Source of the DNA: Octopus sinensis
Taxonomy: Eukaryota
DNA length: 64,000 nucleotides
Assembly (NCBI RefSeq): GCF_006345805.1
Contig: NC_043004.1
Location: 31,620,001-31,684,000, forward strand
Direction: 5' to 3'
Positions 22,111 to 36,433 of this stretch are shown one piece after another. The translations under genes and the position numbers were made by a program. Positions within the stretch are counted from its first letter, which is position 1; every line of letters starts with the position of its first letter. The notes beneath the pieces are model-generated. The model saw nothing but the letters and a program-made list of their open reading frames with translations, was not told the DNA's origin and made no database searches.

Positions 22111-22950
22111 TATATATAAAAGTCAGGTTGTGTGTGTGTGTAAACCCGCAAAACTTTTGAAGTTCACAACTGGAAACATGCATTACTTATGTTCCAGAGA
22201 TGGTTTTAGACTCTTAAAATTTTGACATAATGAGTAATGGGCCCTTGGCGGCAGAAAACAACCTTTCCTGGGTTACATACGATTCCAGTGGACAAGGGAG
22301 GTAACTCTTTGCGAAGTAACTCTCAGAAATTGATTGTCTCCCTTACATCCAGTGCAATTAATTCTCTTACGCGTTTACTATGTAAAACTTATTCCGTTAC
22401 AAGGCCTTGTGCCTAGAATAGAAAAGAATATTCTTTGCTTTCCCTTATGAAACGTATGCAAATATATTTTTTTGCTTCCCATTCTAGAACGTATGTATTT
22501 CTTAAATTCTGCTGCACAAGGACATCGCATTAGCTGTGGCATCCTCTGGAATTGCTGCAATTTTGCTGCCTGGTGGCAGGATAGCACACTCAACCTTTAA
22601 GTCTCCTCTGAATTTGGTAACATCTGATACACCTTCTAGCAACATCAACAAGAGCTCAGACAAGGCACAAGTGCTGCTAAGAAGGCGTGGGACGGATATA
22701 CCATGGCATACAAAGATATACCATGGCATACAAAGATATACCATGGCATACAAAGATATACCATGGCATACAAAGATATACCATGGCATACAAAGGAGCT
22801 CTTGAAGCACTTCATAAAACCTACGAGACGTCAGAGACTGTCAGGATCCAATGGGAGGTGTTACACTCCTGTTGGGGTCACCATTCTCTCTTGGATGTGG
22901 GATAGGATTAAATTCTTTCTGTATATATGCTTTTATACAATCATGACTTT
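22111..22950 (+). mobile_element. Second Helitron fragment (Pif1 helicase part)
   Basis: IALAVASSGIAAILLPGGRIAHSTFKSPLNL and WD..TMAYKGALEAL; begins with TATATATAAAAG...(TG)n like a Helitron 5' end. The 3' boundary is uncertain. Confidence 0.8.
22695..22794. repeat. 5 perfect copies of the 20-bp unit GATATACCATGGCATACAAA
   Basis: Direct reading. Confidence 0.97.
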
Positions 22951-23246
22951 TTATGAACTTATAAATACTTATGAATTCATTTTACTACCAATTTTGAACT
23001 TTTATGTAAAATGTTTAAACAAAAAGCTCTTCTTAACATTTTCTTATAATTGTCAAAGATTCTATTTCTTAACATTTTCTTATCATTGTCAAAGACTGTA
23101 TGACTGTATTTTAATACATCTATAACAACCATTTTTAACACAACAAAGGCTACACAAAGCCTTACATTTTACTTTAAAAGACCTCTGCATTTCAAATCCT
23201 CTTTTGTATTTATTTTCACTCATGCTGTACCTTGCAATTTTACTTT

Positions 23247-24655
<1,409 letters not shown>

Positions 24656-25421
24656 TACCAGAGGGCACACACTCTCCTACCCTGATGTAATCTCCAGGGA
24701 TACAAGCATCCAGCAACAGGACCTCCGTAATGTTATGATGGACTGTGAAGTCTAGCGTAGCATGGTAAATTCCATTGTCTCGACCACGGTCGAACAATGA
24801 TGATGATGATTGTTGTGTTCCTACTGTCCTGTTTTTGTTACCAAATTTGACCCTCCGCAAATACCAAATTTTATTTTGGTTTGCGCGAGCAACTGTTTTT
24901 CGAAGTCACGTATTGTTGTGACTTGCTCAAAATGTGGAGTAAACAGCTGACAACTGAGGAAGGGTCGTTCTTTATCTTGCTTGTCTTGCTTTCCATTTGT
25001 TTCTCTTGTTCGCATACACAGGTTTTCCTTTGTATTTCATGTTGTTTTCATATTTCGTAATCCATGTCGTTTTCGTATTTCATGTTGTTTACGTTTTATA
25101 ATGTCCTGTACCCATATATGCATATATGTAAGTATGTACATATATATAAGTATATATGCATATATATATATATTATTGATATTATTATATGATTAAATGC
25201 CACACGTCCATCTCCAAGTAAGTTTATATATATATATATATATATATATACAAATTGAGATAGGGGTTGTAAGTGCAACCCTCCATGGGATAACATATAT
25301 CCAATATACTGCTAGTGAAGTACCCAACAAAGTAATACATAAATGTTAAGAATTGCGATGCAGTTAATTCATTCACTGTATTATATGGGCAAAGGTAAAA
25401 TGTTTTACCACAAATTAATAA

Positions 25422-25621
25422 TACAAAATAAGAAAATGGATAAACACATCTTAATCAATGATCAACAACCAGATAATACCCAATCACATAATTTATTAAA
25501 CCACTACATATGAACATTAAGGTCAAACATAATAATATAGAAATTAATAAATTATGTGATTGGGTATTATCTGGTAGTTGATCATTGATTAAGATGTGTT
25601 TCTCCATTTTCTTATTTTGTA
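25422..25621. repeat. Foldback: 78-bp inverted arms (2 mismatches), 44-nt spacer
   Basis: 25422-25499 is the reverse complement of 25544-25621. Confidence 0.95.
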
Positions 25622-25632
25622 TATATATATAT

Positions 25633-28600
25633 ATCATCATCATCATCATCATCATCATCGTTTAACGTCTGCTTTCCATGCTAGCATGGGTTGGACGGTT
25701 CAACTGGGGTCTGGCAAGCCCGAAGGCTGCACCAGGCCAGTCAGATATGGCAGTGTTTCTACAGCTGGATGCCCTTCCTAACGCCAACCACTCCGAGAGT
25801 GTAGTGGGTGATTTTATGTGCCACCGACACAGGTGCCAGACGAGGCTGGCTGACGGCCACGCTCGGATGGTGTTTTCTTATGTGTCACCGACACAGGTGC
25901 CAGAGAGGCTGGCGGATGGCCACGCTCGGATGGTGTTTGTTACGTGCCCTCAGCACGGAGGCCAGTCGTTGCTGGTACTGGCTACGGTCACGTTCGGATG
26001 GTTTTCTTATGTGCCACCGGCACTGGTACCACAAGGATACAAATTCCATGATGTCATCTATTTTGATTTGGTTCGATTTGATTTGATTTGATTCGATACG
26101 ATTCTCACTTGCCTCAACAGGTCTTCACAAGTGTCACAAGAAGGAAGGTATGCACAGGTGGACTGACTACGTCCCAGGTAGGGGCCACGGATTATGGCTT
26201 CACTAGTCTTGCCGGGTCTTCTCACACACAGCATACTTCCATAGGTCTCGGTCTATAGTCATTTCCATGGTGAGACCTAACGTCCGAAGGTCGTGCTTCA
26301 CCACCTCGTCCCAGGTTTTCCTGGGTCTACCTCTTCCATGGGTTCCCTCAACTGCTAGGGATTGGCACTTTCTCACACACCTATCTTCATCCATTCTCGC
26401 CACATGACCATACCAGTGCAATCGTCTCTCTTGCACACAACACCTGATGCTTCTTAGGTACAACATTTCTCTCAAGGTACTAACACTCTGTCGAGTAAGT
26501 ACACTGACATTACACATCCATCGGAGCATACTGGCTTCGTTCCTCACGAGCTTACGCATGTCCTCAGCAGTCACGGCCCATGTTTCACTGCCATGTAGCA
26601 TAGCTGTTCGTACACATGCATCATACAGTCTGCCTTTTACTCTGAGAGAGAGGCCTTTAGTCACCAGCAGAGGTAAGAGCTCCCTAAACTTTGCCCAGGC
26701 TATTCTTATTCTAGCAGTTACACTTTCAGCGCACCCACCCCCACTACTGACTTGGTCACCTAGATAGCGGAAGCTATCAACTACTTCTAGTTTTTCCCCC
26801 CGGAAAGTGACAGAAGTTGTTTTCTGCAGATTTTCGGAGGTCAATGCTCCAGAGCACCTGCCACATACAAAAACTATCTTCCCAGTTAGCCTACCTTTGA
26901 CATTGCTGCACCTCTTATGTGTCCATAGCTTACACTGGGTACATCTTATAGAGTTTCTACCTACACCTTTTCTACAGATCGAGCAGGGCCATCTTCCTGA
27001 GGATATTTGTGGATTTTCTACCTTTCTACTTATTAGTACTTTGGTTTTAGCTAGGTTGACTCTAAGGCCCCTCGATTCTAAACCCTCCTTCCACACCTGG
27101 AACTTCTCCTCCAGTTCTGATAGTGACTCAGCGATTAGAGCGAGGTCGTCAGCATAGAGGAGCTCCCAGGGGCAACCTGTCTTGAATTCCTCCGTTATTG
27201 CCTGGAGGACTATGATAAATAGGAGGGGGCTAAGTACTGAACCCTGGTGGACCCCAACCTCTACTTTGAATTCTTCTGTGTACATGTTGCCAACTCTAAC
27301 CTTACTTACGGCATCTCTGTACATGGCTTGCACAGCCCTCACCAGCCATTCATCTATCCCTAGTTTCCTCATTGACCACCAGATGAGGGATCGGGGGACC
27401 CTATCAAAGGCTTTCTCCATGTCAACGAAAGCCAGGTACAGGGGCTTATCTTTGGCTAGGTATTTCTCCTGCAGCTGCCTTACCAGGATATAGCATCAGT
27501 GGTGCTTTTCCCTGGGACAAACCCAAACTGCATCTCATCTAAACTAACTCTCTCTCTAATTAGTTGGGCTATGACCCTCTCCGTAACCTTCATTACCTGA
27601 TCCAACAGCTTGATACCTCTGTAATTATTTGTATCCAGGGCATCACCTTTCCTTTGTAGCAGCGTTGACTAGTATGCTGCTACACCAGTCATGGGTATGA
27701 CTCCTTCGTGTATCACCTGGTTGACTATACGGGTGACTAGGTTATAGCCGACACTGCCAGATATTTTGAGCATCTCTGCAGTAATTCCTGATGGGCCTGG
27801 GGCTTTCCCTGTCTTCATGCTTCTAATTGCCTTAGCTACCACGGAACTATCGACTCGGATAGCTGGTCCCTCTGTTGGGTCAACATTTGGCAGACTCTCT
27901 TTATCCCATTCATTTTCTTTATTCAGCAACCTTTCATAGTGGCATCTCCAAACCTCTCTCTTTGCATCCTCATTTAGTGCAAGTGAACCATCATCCATGC
28001 GAACACACTTCTCTCCTACCACATCACGATTCTCTCTCACACACTGTCTTGCAACACGAAATACCTCAAGTCTTTCATCCTCACGGCTCAGAACATTGGC
28101 AAATTTTTTCTTATCTGCTTCCCCTCTGGCTAAATAAACCTGTCTCCTAGCTTCCCTTTTGGCTGTCTGATACAATTCCCTGCTACCACCGTTCTTCCAG
28201 TCCTTCCAAGCCTGTCTCTTTTGTCTAATAGCCCCGTCAACCACAGTGTTCCACCACCATGTTACTCTGGGTCGAGATGGTACTTTGCTCCATCCACAGA
28301 TCTGGTCAGTGGCTGTCAGCAGATTGTCCCGTAGGAATCTCCAGTGTCTTCCACATTAAGTGAAGCTATATCCCCTTCTATTTCGTCAGAGGCTTCGAGT
28401 AGTATGTCTCTAAATCTCTGTCCATTTGCAGGATCTTTAAGCTTCCAGACCCTTCTCCTCCAAGCTGGTCTTCTTCTGGGCAACCATTTAGCTCTGATCC
28501 TGAAGTCGCTAACTACTAATCTATGTTGGGGAGTACATTCTTCGCCTGGGAAGGTTTTGGCATTTATAATCAGCCCTCTTTCCCTTTTTCTGGCAAGGAT

Positions 28601-28680
28601 GTAGTCAATCTGGCTGGTGTGTCTGCCAGAATGGTAGGTGACTAGGTGAGAGGTGGGTTTCCTGAAGTGGGTATTCAGGT
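25633..28680 (-). mobile_element. RTE-clade LINE, 5'-truncated, young (405-aa open RT segment 27420-26203)
   Basis: APE C-terminus (SQIDYIL), GKAPGPSG, EKAFDRV, VHQGSVLSPLLF, ELLYADDL; 3' UTR ending in (GAT)n; only a few frameshifts. Confidence 0.95.
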
Positions 28681-28752
28681 ATATATATAAGTGGGTATAT
28701 ATATAGAACAATCTTACTTAGAAATGGATGCGTGCGTTCCGTCATATAATAT

Positions 28753-29048
28753 ATTAATAAATAAAACATATGCATATATATATACATATATGTACGTACC
28801 AACCTCTACATGTATATATACACACATATACGGGTACAGGACACCAAAAAACGTCGAACACAATGAGAAACGAAAACATATACACAAAATCAAGGAATCC
28901 AGTTCCTTGGTTTTGTGTTTATGTTTTCGTTTCTCATTGTGTTTGACGTTTTTTTGGTGTCCTGTACCCATATATGCATGTATATATACATGTAGAGGTT
29001 GGTACGTACATACATGTATGTATATATGCATATGTTTTATTTATTAAT
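28753..29048. repeat. Foldback: ~145-bp inverted arms, 5-nt loop (TCCAG, 28898-28902)
   Basis: The arms are near-reverse-complements; the mirror ORFs 28691..29047(+) and 28714..29031(-) have nearly the same translation. The arm sequence recurs at about 25080-25125. Confidence 0.93.
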
Positions 29049-29074
29049 TTATATATATATATATATATATATAT

Positions 29075-31158
29075 AAAGGAAGAGGTGTACCAATGTCTTA
29101 CAGTGTGAAGATCAGAGACTTGAGGTGTTCCAGGTTGCTAGACGCTGTGTCGAGAGAATCGAAATGTTGTAGGAGAGAAGTATATTCATATGGATAATAG
29201 TATGCTTGCAACCAGTGATTCCAAAAAGAAAGAAGCGTGAAAGTGCTATTATGCAAGGCTATTAAATATAGGAAATAAATGGGAGAAAGAATCTCCCATA
29301 TGTGAATGCAACAGAAGGACCAGCTATTCATGTTGACAGCAGTATGATAGATAAGGCAATTAAGGATAAGAAGACAGAGAAAAACCCTGGCCCATCAGGA
29401 GTCATCACTGAGATGCTTAAAATATCTGGCAGAGGAGGATACAGTCTGGTCACCCATATAGCTAGCTAATCAGGTTATTCAGGAAGGTGTCATTCCCAAT
29501 GACTGGTGTAGCAGCATTATAGTCAGCTGCTATGAGGGTAAGGGAGATGCCTTAGATAGAAGTAATTACAGAGACATCAAGTTGCTGGACTAGGTCGTGA
29601 AAGTTAAGGCAGCAGAATCAGATTAGATGAAATGCAGTTAGGCTTTGAGCCAGGAAGAAGCACTACTGATGCTATTGTTATAATTAGACAGCTGCAGAAG
29701 TATTTGGCCAATAAACTATTGTACTTGGTGTTGACTTAGAGAAAACCTTTGACAGAGTACCCTGTTGTATGATATGGTGAGCTCTGAGGAAGCTAGGAGT
29801 AGACAAGTGGCTTGTAAAAGCTGTACATGCCGTGTGCAAAGGTTCTGACAGTAAGGTGAGAGTTAACTATTAGTGACGAATACAGTGTACAGGTAGGTAT
29901 TCCTCAGGGTTTGGTTCTCAGTCCCCTCCTATTTGTCATCGTCCTTCAGGCCATAATAGAAGAATTTAAGACTGGCTGCTGATGATCTTGAGCAGGTTGT
30001 GTAACAGAACTAGAAAAGAAATTCCTAATGTGAAAGCAAAATCTGGAATCAAAGGGCCTTAAGGTTAAATTAACAAAGACTAAGGTTCTGGAAAGCAAGA
30101 AAATGGACAGGACTCTTCCTCCATCAGGTAAATGGCCCTGCTTGATATGTAGAAAAGGTGTAGGCAGGAATTCCATACAGTGTACCCAGTGCAAGCTATG
30201 GGCACACACAAAGTGCAGTGGAATAATAGGAAGGTTATCAGAGAAGGTAGTGTTTGTATGTGGAAGATGCACAGGATCCATAAAAACTACAGATACTCAG
30301 GGAATCAATTTTCTCAAATTTCCTAGATGTTCTTTAGAGGTAGTCAATAATTTCTGCTACCTAGAAGACCTAATTAGATGTGGGGGACGATGCACAGAAA
30401 GTGTAATCACTAGAATAAGAAAAGGATAGAGAAAATTCAGAGAACTTTTATCAGAGTTAGCAACCAAAAGTCTCTCTCTCTCTCTCAGTGAAAGGAGGAT
30501 TGTATAATGCAAGTATGCAAACAGCATTGTTACATGGTAGTGAGATGTGGGTCCTGAATGTAGAAGACATGTAAAGGCTAGAGAGGAATGAAGCTAGTAG
30601 TGTTTTGAGGGAAAACTGGTAGTGTTTTGAGGGAAAAGTTGGGAATAAGAAGGATTAGATGCAGATGCAGTGTGCATCTAATCCTAGTGCACTAGTTTGG
30701 TCATGTGATGCATATGGATGTAGACAGTTGCAAACAGAAATGCTGATCACTTTAAGTGGATGAAACTTGTGGAAGAGAGATGCCCAGGAAAACATGGGAC
30801 AAAGTATTGAAGACCAATCTCAAGACACAGAACCTGATGAAGGAGATGACAAAGGACTGAGATATCTGGTACATTGCTGTATTCGAGAAGATCCATCTAC
30901 CACAACAGAATCGATACAGTTGCTGGTGTCACATAAAAAGCACTCATACTGGTTCCACATTAAAAGCACTGGTGCTGGTGCCACATAAAAGTACCTGGTA
31001 CACTCTGTGGAGTGGTTGGTATTAGGATGGGCATCCAGCTGTAGAAACCATGTCAGAACAGATAATGGAGCCTGGTGCAGTGCCTGGCCTTACCAGCTCC
31101 AGTCAAACCATTCCACCCAAGCTTGCAAGGAAAACAGATGTTAAATGATGATGATGAT
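29075..31158 (+). mobile_element. RTE-clade LINE, 5'-truncated, degenerate
   Basis: Homologous to the minus copy from about 28110 onward; [16 protein letters not shown] finger; ends in (GAT)n. Confidence 0.88.
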
Positions 31159-31415
31159 ATGTAATACACACATATACACATATACCTCCATGCACACACA
31201 CACACACACACACACACAGGTAAGGTCACTACATATCTATAATTAATCACATTAGAAAGAATGACAAAAAAATTTGTTAGGAAACAAAACTCAAGTTCAC
31301 AAATAGGAAAAGAAAATAAACATCACATTATTTCAACAATAAATCATTGAACTTCGTTTATTTTTCAATTCTAAAATTACATTATTTATTACAAATTAAT
31401 TACAAACCATCAAAA

Positions 31416-31416
<1 letters not shown>

Positions 31417-31486
<70 letters not shown>

Positions 31487-31495
31487 CGTGCGTGC
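31417..31495. repeat. (GT)n microsatellite in the putative sulfotransferase 3' UTR
   Basis: Direct reading. Confidence 0.9.
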
Positions 31496-31863
31496 GCATG
31501 ATTTAGATAGCACTGTCAGTTATAATGGCAACTGTTCCAGTCCAAGGAACAGCCTACTCATAAAATTAACATGCAAGTGGCTGAGTACTCCACAGCATGT
31601 GAGCCCTTAAGGAAGATTCAGCATGATACAGGATGTGACAAGGCTGGTCCTTTGAACTACAGGTACAACTCATTTTTGCCAGCTGTAACGTAGCTGGTGT
31701 CAGGAATGGCATCCAACTATATAAGCTGTACCAAAAATAAAATCTTTGGAATTAAATTCAGTCCCCAGATTTGTCCATGATATAAAATTAGAACTAATTT
31801 GAAATGGTAGATATATGGTATAAAAATGTCTATGAGAAAGTCATACTAACATTAAAGTGATAT

Positions 31864-31973
31864 TTAGTACGTTGTACTAAACAGCGTAGACTGCTTGTCA
31901 AATTTGTCACATTCCACTTGGAATCTTTCCTCTTGAGAAACTGTGAACCAATTCTTCCAGTCTCCAACAACAC
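31864..31973 (-). CDS. Sulfotransferase coding exon 5 ([11 protein letters not shown]...STTY stop)
   Basis: Acceptor ttttacag|GT; TAA at 31866-31864. A candidate minus-strand AATAAA lies at 31385-31390. Confidence 0.92.
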
Positions 31974-34900
31974 CTGTAAAATAGAAGAGACTTTGGCTGT
32001 AAGAATTTCATGTCTATAATAAGTAGAAACTGTCTTTTATATACCTTCTCTAATATGAAATCAGTTGCCAGAGTAACATTAAATACTGTAATGTGGTCAA
32101 TACACAACAGCTGGATGAATTGATGGTTCTCCATTGGCTTTTTTATGCTAAGGATTCAATTGTTCAATCAAGTGAATTACTTGCTTATTGAATTAATGTA
32201 TAAGTGACTGAGTATTCCACAGACACATGTACCATTAATGTAATTCTCAGGCAGAATCAATGTGACATTGTGTGTGACAAAACTGTACCATGGGATTACA
32301 GGTACAATCCATCAAACTGGTTTCTATTCAGTTTCAGTCTAGCTAGGAGGGAAGGCAGAACATTTGATGCTTTAAAGGCCTCTGAAACTTGGAGAAGGGG
32401 GAGATGGAAGATGGTAGGCTATTATGGGATTTGAACTCAGAATGCAAAGAGCAGAAGCAAATAACACAAGGTATCTGGTCTAATGTTTAGTTAGTTCTAT
32501 TAGACTGTCATTTAACCATTTTAATGTTGAATTGTTGTTACTGAGAGATTTAGTTAATATAGACTGAGGTTATAATACATTTCCTATGCTAAAGAGGACA
32601 AGGAAGGCTGGCCTTCATGCACACATAACCATCTCCAGACTAGAAGTGATAAGATTTAGGAAAATGTATTAACAAACAGAGTTAATTAATTAATATTAAT
32701 AGGGGCAACAATTATTAACCAGTTTGAATGATGATAGGTTAAAGCAAGAGAACAACGTATGTGACATGTCTGTTATCAAATGATTATGGAAACCTTATTT
32801 TCAGGTTCTGAATAACATGCTTCCCATATTCCCTCCCATGTCCTTTCCCAGTTTTAAGAGCTGGCACTATCAATGAAGGCACATTGAAAGGTAGGTTTAG
32901 TGAGATTGTTGAGATGCTTGAACAGAGGCATATTGATACATGTTGCATCCAAGAGGTAAGGTGGAGAGGAGCTTCAGCCAGTTTCCTGACAGGCAAGACA
33001 GATAGGTGTAAAATCTTTTGGGAAGGTAACAGTGATGGAGTAGGTGGCATGGGCATACTTCTTGCAGAGAAATGAGTGGATAAGGTTATAGAGATAGTCA
33101 GAATGGGTGATAAAGTGCTTGAGCTTAGGCTAGTCTTACAGAACAGTATAATGACAATTATCTCTACCTGTGCCCCTCAGGCAGACCTATCAAATGAACA
33201 TAAGGACCAATTTTATGATATTCTTCTGCAGGCTACCTCAAAGACAAGTAATAATGATCTCTTCGTGGCTGGGGATTTCAATGGGCATGTCAGACAGCAG
33301 CCTGTTATCTTCCATGGTGTGCATAGGGCCCATAGATTTGGCTCCCGAAACGAAGGGCGAAGGGGGAACAAGGCTACTCGAGTTCTGTGATGCAAATAAC
33401 CTTTTGATCTGCAGCACGAACTTCAGGAAGCCAGACAGCCACCTGATAACCTACCAATCAGATGTCTGTGCTAGCCAGATAGATTACATTCTCACCAGAC
33501 AGTGGGATACATCGTGGCTCCTAAATACAAAGCTCCTCCCTGCTGAAGAATGTACCCCCAGCATAGACTATTCATTAGTGACTTTAGACTCCAAGCCAGA
33601 AGGATGCCAATAAGTAAACCAATCTGGAAAAAGGATTTGGAAGCTTATGGATCCTTCATATACTCAGAGATTTAGGGACATCCTAATTGAGAAATTCAAT
33701 GAAAAGGAGGAGGAGCTACAGACTTATGACATAGAGGGCAACTGGAAATTCCCAAGGGACAGCTTGCTGAGTGCCACAGACCAAATCTGTAGCTAGCGCA
33801 AAGTCCCATCCAGATCTAGGGTAACAGAGTGGTGGAATGACGTGATAAACAGGACCATTAGAGCAAAAAAACAGACCTGGAAGAATGGAGGTAGCAGGGA
33901 ACTGTATTAGATTGCCAGAAGGGGTGCTAGAAGACAAATATATCTAACCGAGGGAGAAGCAGAAAAGAAGAAGTTTGCCTATGTTCAATGATGTGAGGAT
34001 CAAAGAACTGGAGTGTTTCAGATTGCAAGACAGCGTGTGAGAGAAAATCATGATGTCATAGGAGAGAAATGTGTCTGTATGGATGATGGAGCACTTGCAT
34101 GTAATAATTCTGCAAAGAAAGAGGCTTGGAAATGCCATCATGAAAGACTGCTGAACATAGAGAATGATTGGGAGGAGGAGAGTCTGCCAAATGTTGACCC
34201 AATTGATGAACTGGCTATCCAAATCGACAGTTCCATGGTAGATAAAGCAATTAAGGATATGATGACAGGAACAGCCCTCAATCACTGAGATGCTTAAAAT
34301 ATCTGGTGATGTGGGTTATGGTCTAGTCACCCATATTGTAAATCAGGTGGTTCACAAAGAAGTCATACCCAATGACTGGTGTAGCAGCACCATAGTCAAC
34401 TGCTACAAAGGTAAAGGTGATGCTTTAGATAGAAATAACTACAGGGGTATCAAACTGTTGGATCAGGTGATGACAGTCATGGAGAGGGTCATAGCCAAAC
34501 TAATTAGAGAGAGAGTCTGCTAAGATGAGATGCAGTTTGGTTTTGTGCCAGGGAGAAGCACCACTGGTGCTAGATTTATGGTAAGGCAGCTGCAGGAGAA
34601 ATACATAGCCAAAGATAAACCTCTGTACTTGGCCTTTGTTGACTTAGAGAAAGCGTTTGACTGGATCCCTCGATCCCTTATCTGGTGTTCAATGTGGAAA
34701 CTAGGGATAGACAAGTAGTTGGTGAGAGCTGTACAAGCTATGTTCAGGGATGCTACCAGTAAGGTGAGGGTTGCCAATGAGTACAGCAAAGAATTCCAGG
34801 TAGAAGTAGGGGTTCACCAAGGATTGGTGCACAGGTCCCACTTGTTCATCAAAGTCCTCCAGGCAATAACAGGAATTCAAGACAGGCTGTCCTTGGGAGC

Positions 34901-36112
34901 TCCTCTAAGCTGATGGCCTTGCTCTTATAGATGGCCTTGCTCTTATATTGAAGCAAGGTCTAGAATCAAAGTGCCTTAGAGTTAACCTAGCAAAAACAAA
35001 AGTCTTAGTAAGTAGGAAGGCAGACAAATCACAAATCCCTTCAGGTAGATGGTTCTGCTCGATCTGTAGAAAAGGTGTAGGTGGAAACTCTATATCATGC
35101 ACCCAGTGTAAACTTTGGACACTATATTGGAGGAATGTTAACAGGGAAACTAGCTTTTCTATGTGGAAGATGCACAGTTACAATAAACGCTGAAAATGTG
35201 CAGAAAATAGACTCTGTCAACTGCCGGGGGGTGGGGGCAAGCTAGAGATAGTAGATAGCTTCTGATATCTAGGTGACCAAGTGAGTAGTGGAGGTGGATG
35301 CTCCGAGAGCATTGTTGTGAGAATAAGATTAGGCTGGGCAAAGTTCAGAGAGCTCCTACCCCTGCTGGCAACAAAGGGGTTCTCTCTCAGAGTGAAAGGC
35401 AGATTGTTTGATGCCTGTGTGCGAACAGCCATGCTGCATGGCAGGGAAATATGGGCTGTGACAGCCAAGGACATGTGTAGGCTTGAAAGAAGTGAAGCCA
35501 GTATGCTTCGCTGGGTGTGCAATGCCAATGTGCACACACAACAGAGTGTAAGCATCTTGAGAGAAAAGTTAGGCATAAATGGCATCAAATGTTGTGTGCA
35601 AGAGAGAGACTGCACTGGTATGGTCATGTGATGCACATGGAAGAGGACAGCTGTGTAGAGAAGTGCTGATCTCTAACTGTGCAGGGAACCTGTGGTAAAG
35701 GTAGACCCAGGAAGTCATGGAATGAGGTGGTGAAGCATGATCTTCAAACTTTGAACTTCACAGATGCAATGACTAGTGACCGAGACCTTCAGTGATATGC
35801 TGAGCTTGAGAGGATCCATCAAGCCAAGTGCACCTATGCTGATGGCATATAAAGAACACCTTTTAAGTGTTGGGCCTCAGGGAGGCAGAGTGGTTGAGTT
35901 CCTTTCAAACGTTGGGCCTCGTGGAAACAAAGTGGCTCACAAATAGCACCTGTGCCCGTGCACGTAAAAGCACCCATTACACTCTCGGAGTGGTTGGTGT
36001 TAGGAAGGGCAGCTAGCCATAGAAACCATGCCAAATCAGACTGGAGTCTGGTGCAGCCTTCCAGTGTGCCAGCCCGGTCAAACCGTCCAACTTATGCCAG
36101 GATGGAAAATGA

Positions 36113-36152
<40 letters not shown>

Positions 36153-36390
36153 TCATCATCATCATCATCGTTTAGCGTCCGTTTTCCATGCTAGCATGGG
36201 TTGGACGGTTCAACTGGGGTCTGTGAAGCCAGAAGGCTTCATCATCCACATTGTAATTAGTTGAAGCTTGCTTCTCAACCATGTGGTTCTGAGTTCAGTC
36301 CTACAGTGCTGCACTTTGGGCAGGTGTCTTCTTGGTGGGTCGACCAAGGCCTTGTGAGTAGATATCATAGCTAGAGACTGAAAGAGGACC

Positions 36391-36433
<43 letters not shown>

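Noticed and set aside
24885-24935. Possible hammerhead on the minus strand (TTGAGCA-AGTCAC..GTGACT-TCGAAA)
   Set aside because: A helix II-like hairpin and GAAA are present, but the CUGANGA core, stem I and cleavage triplet cannot be assigned.
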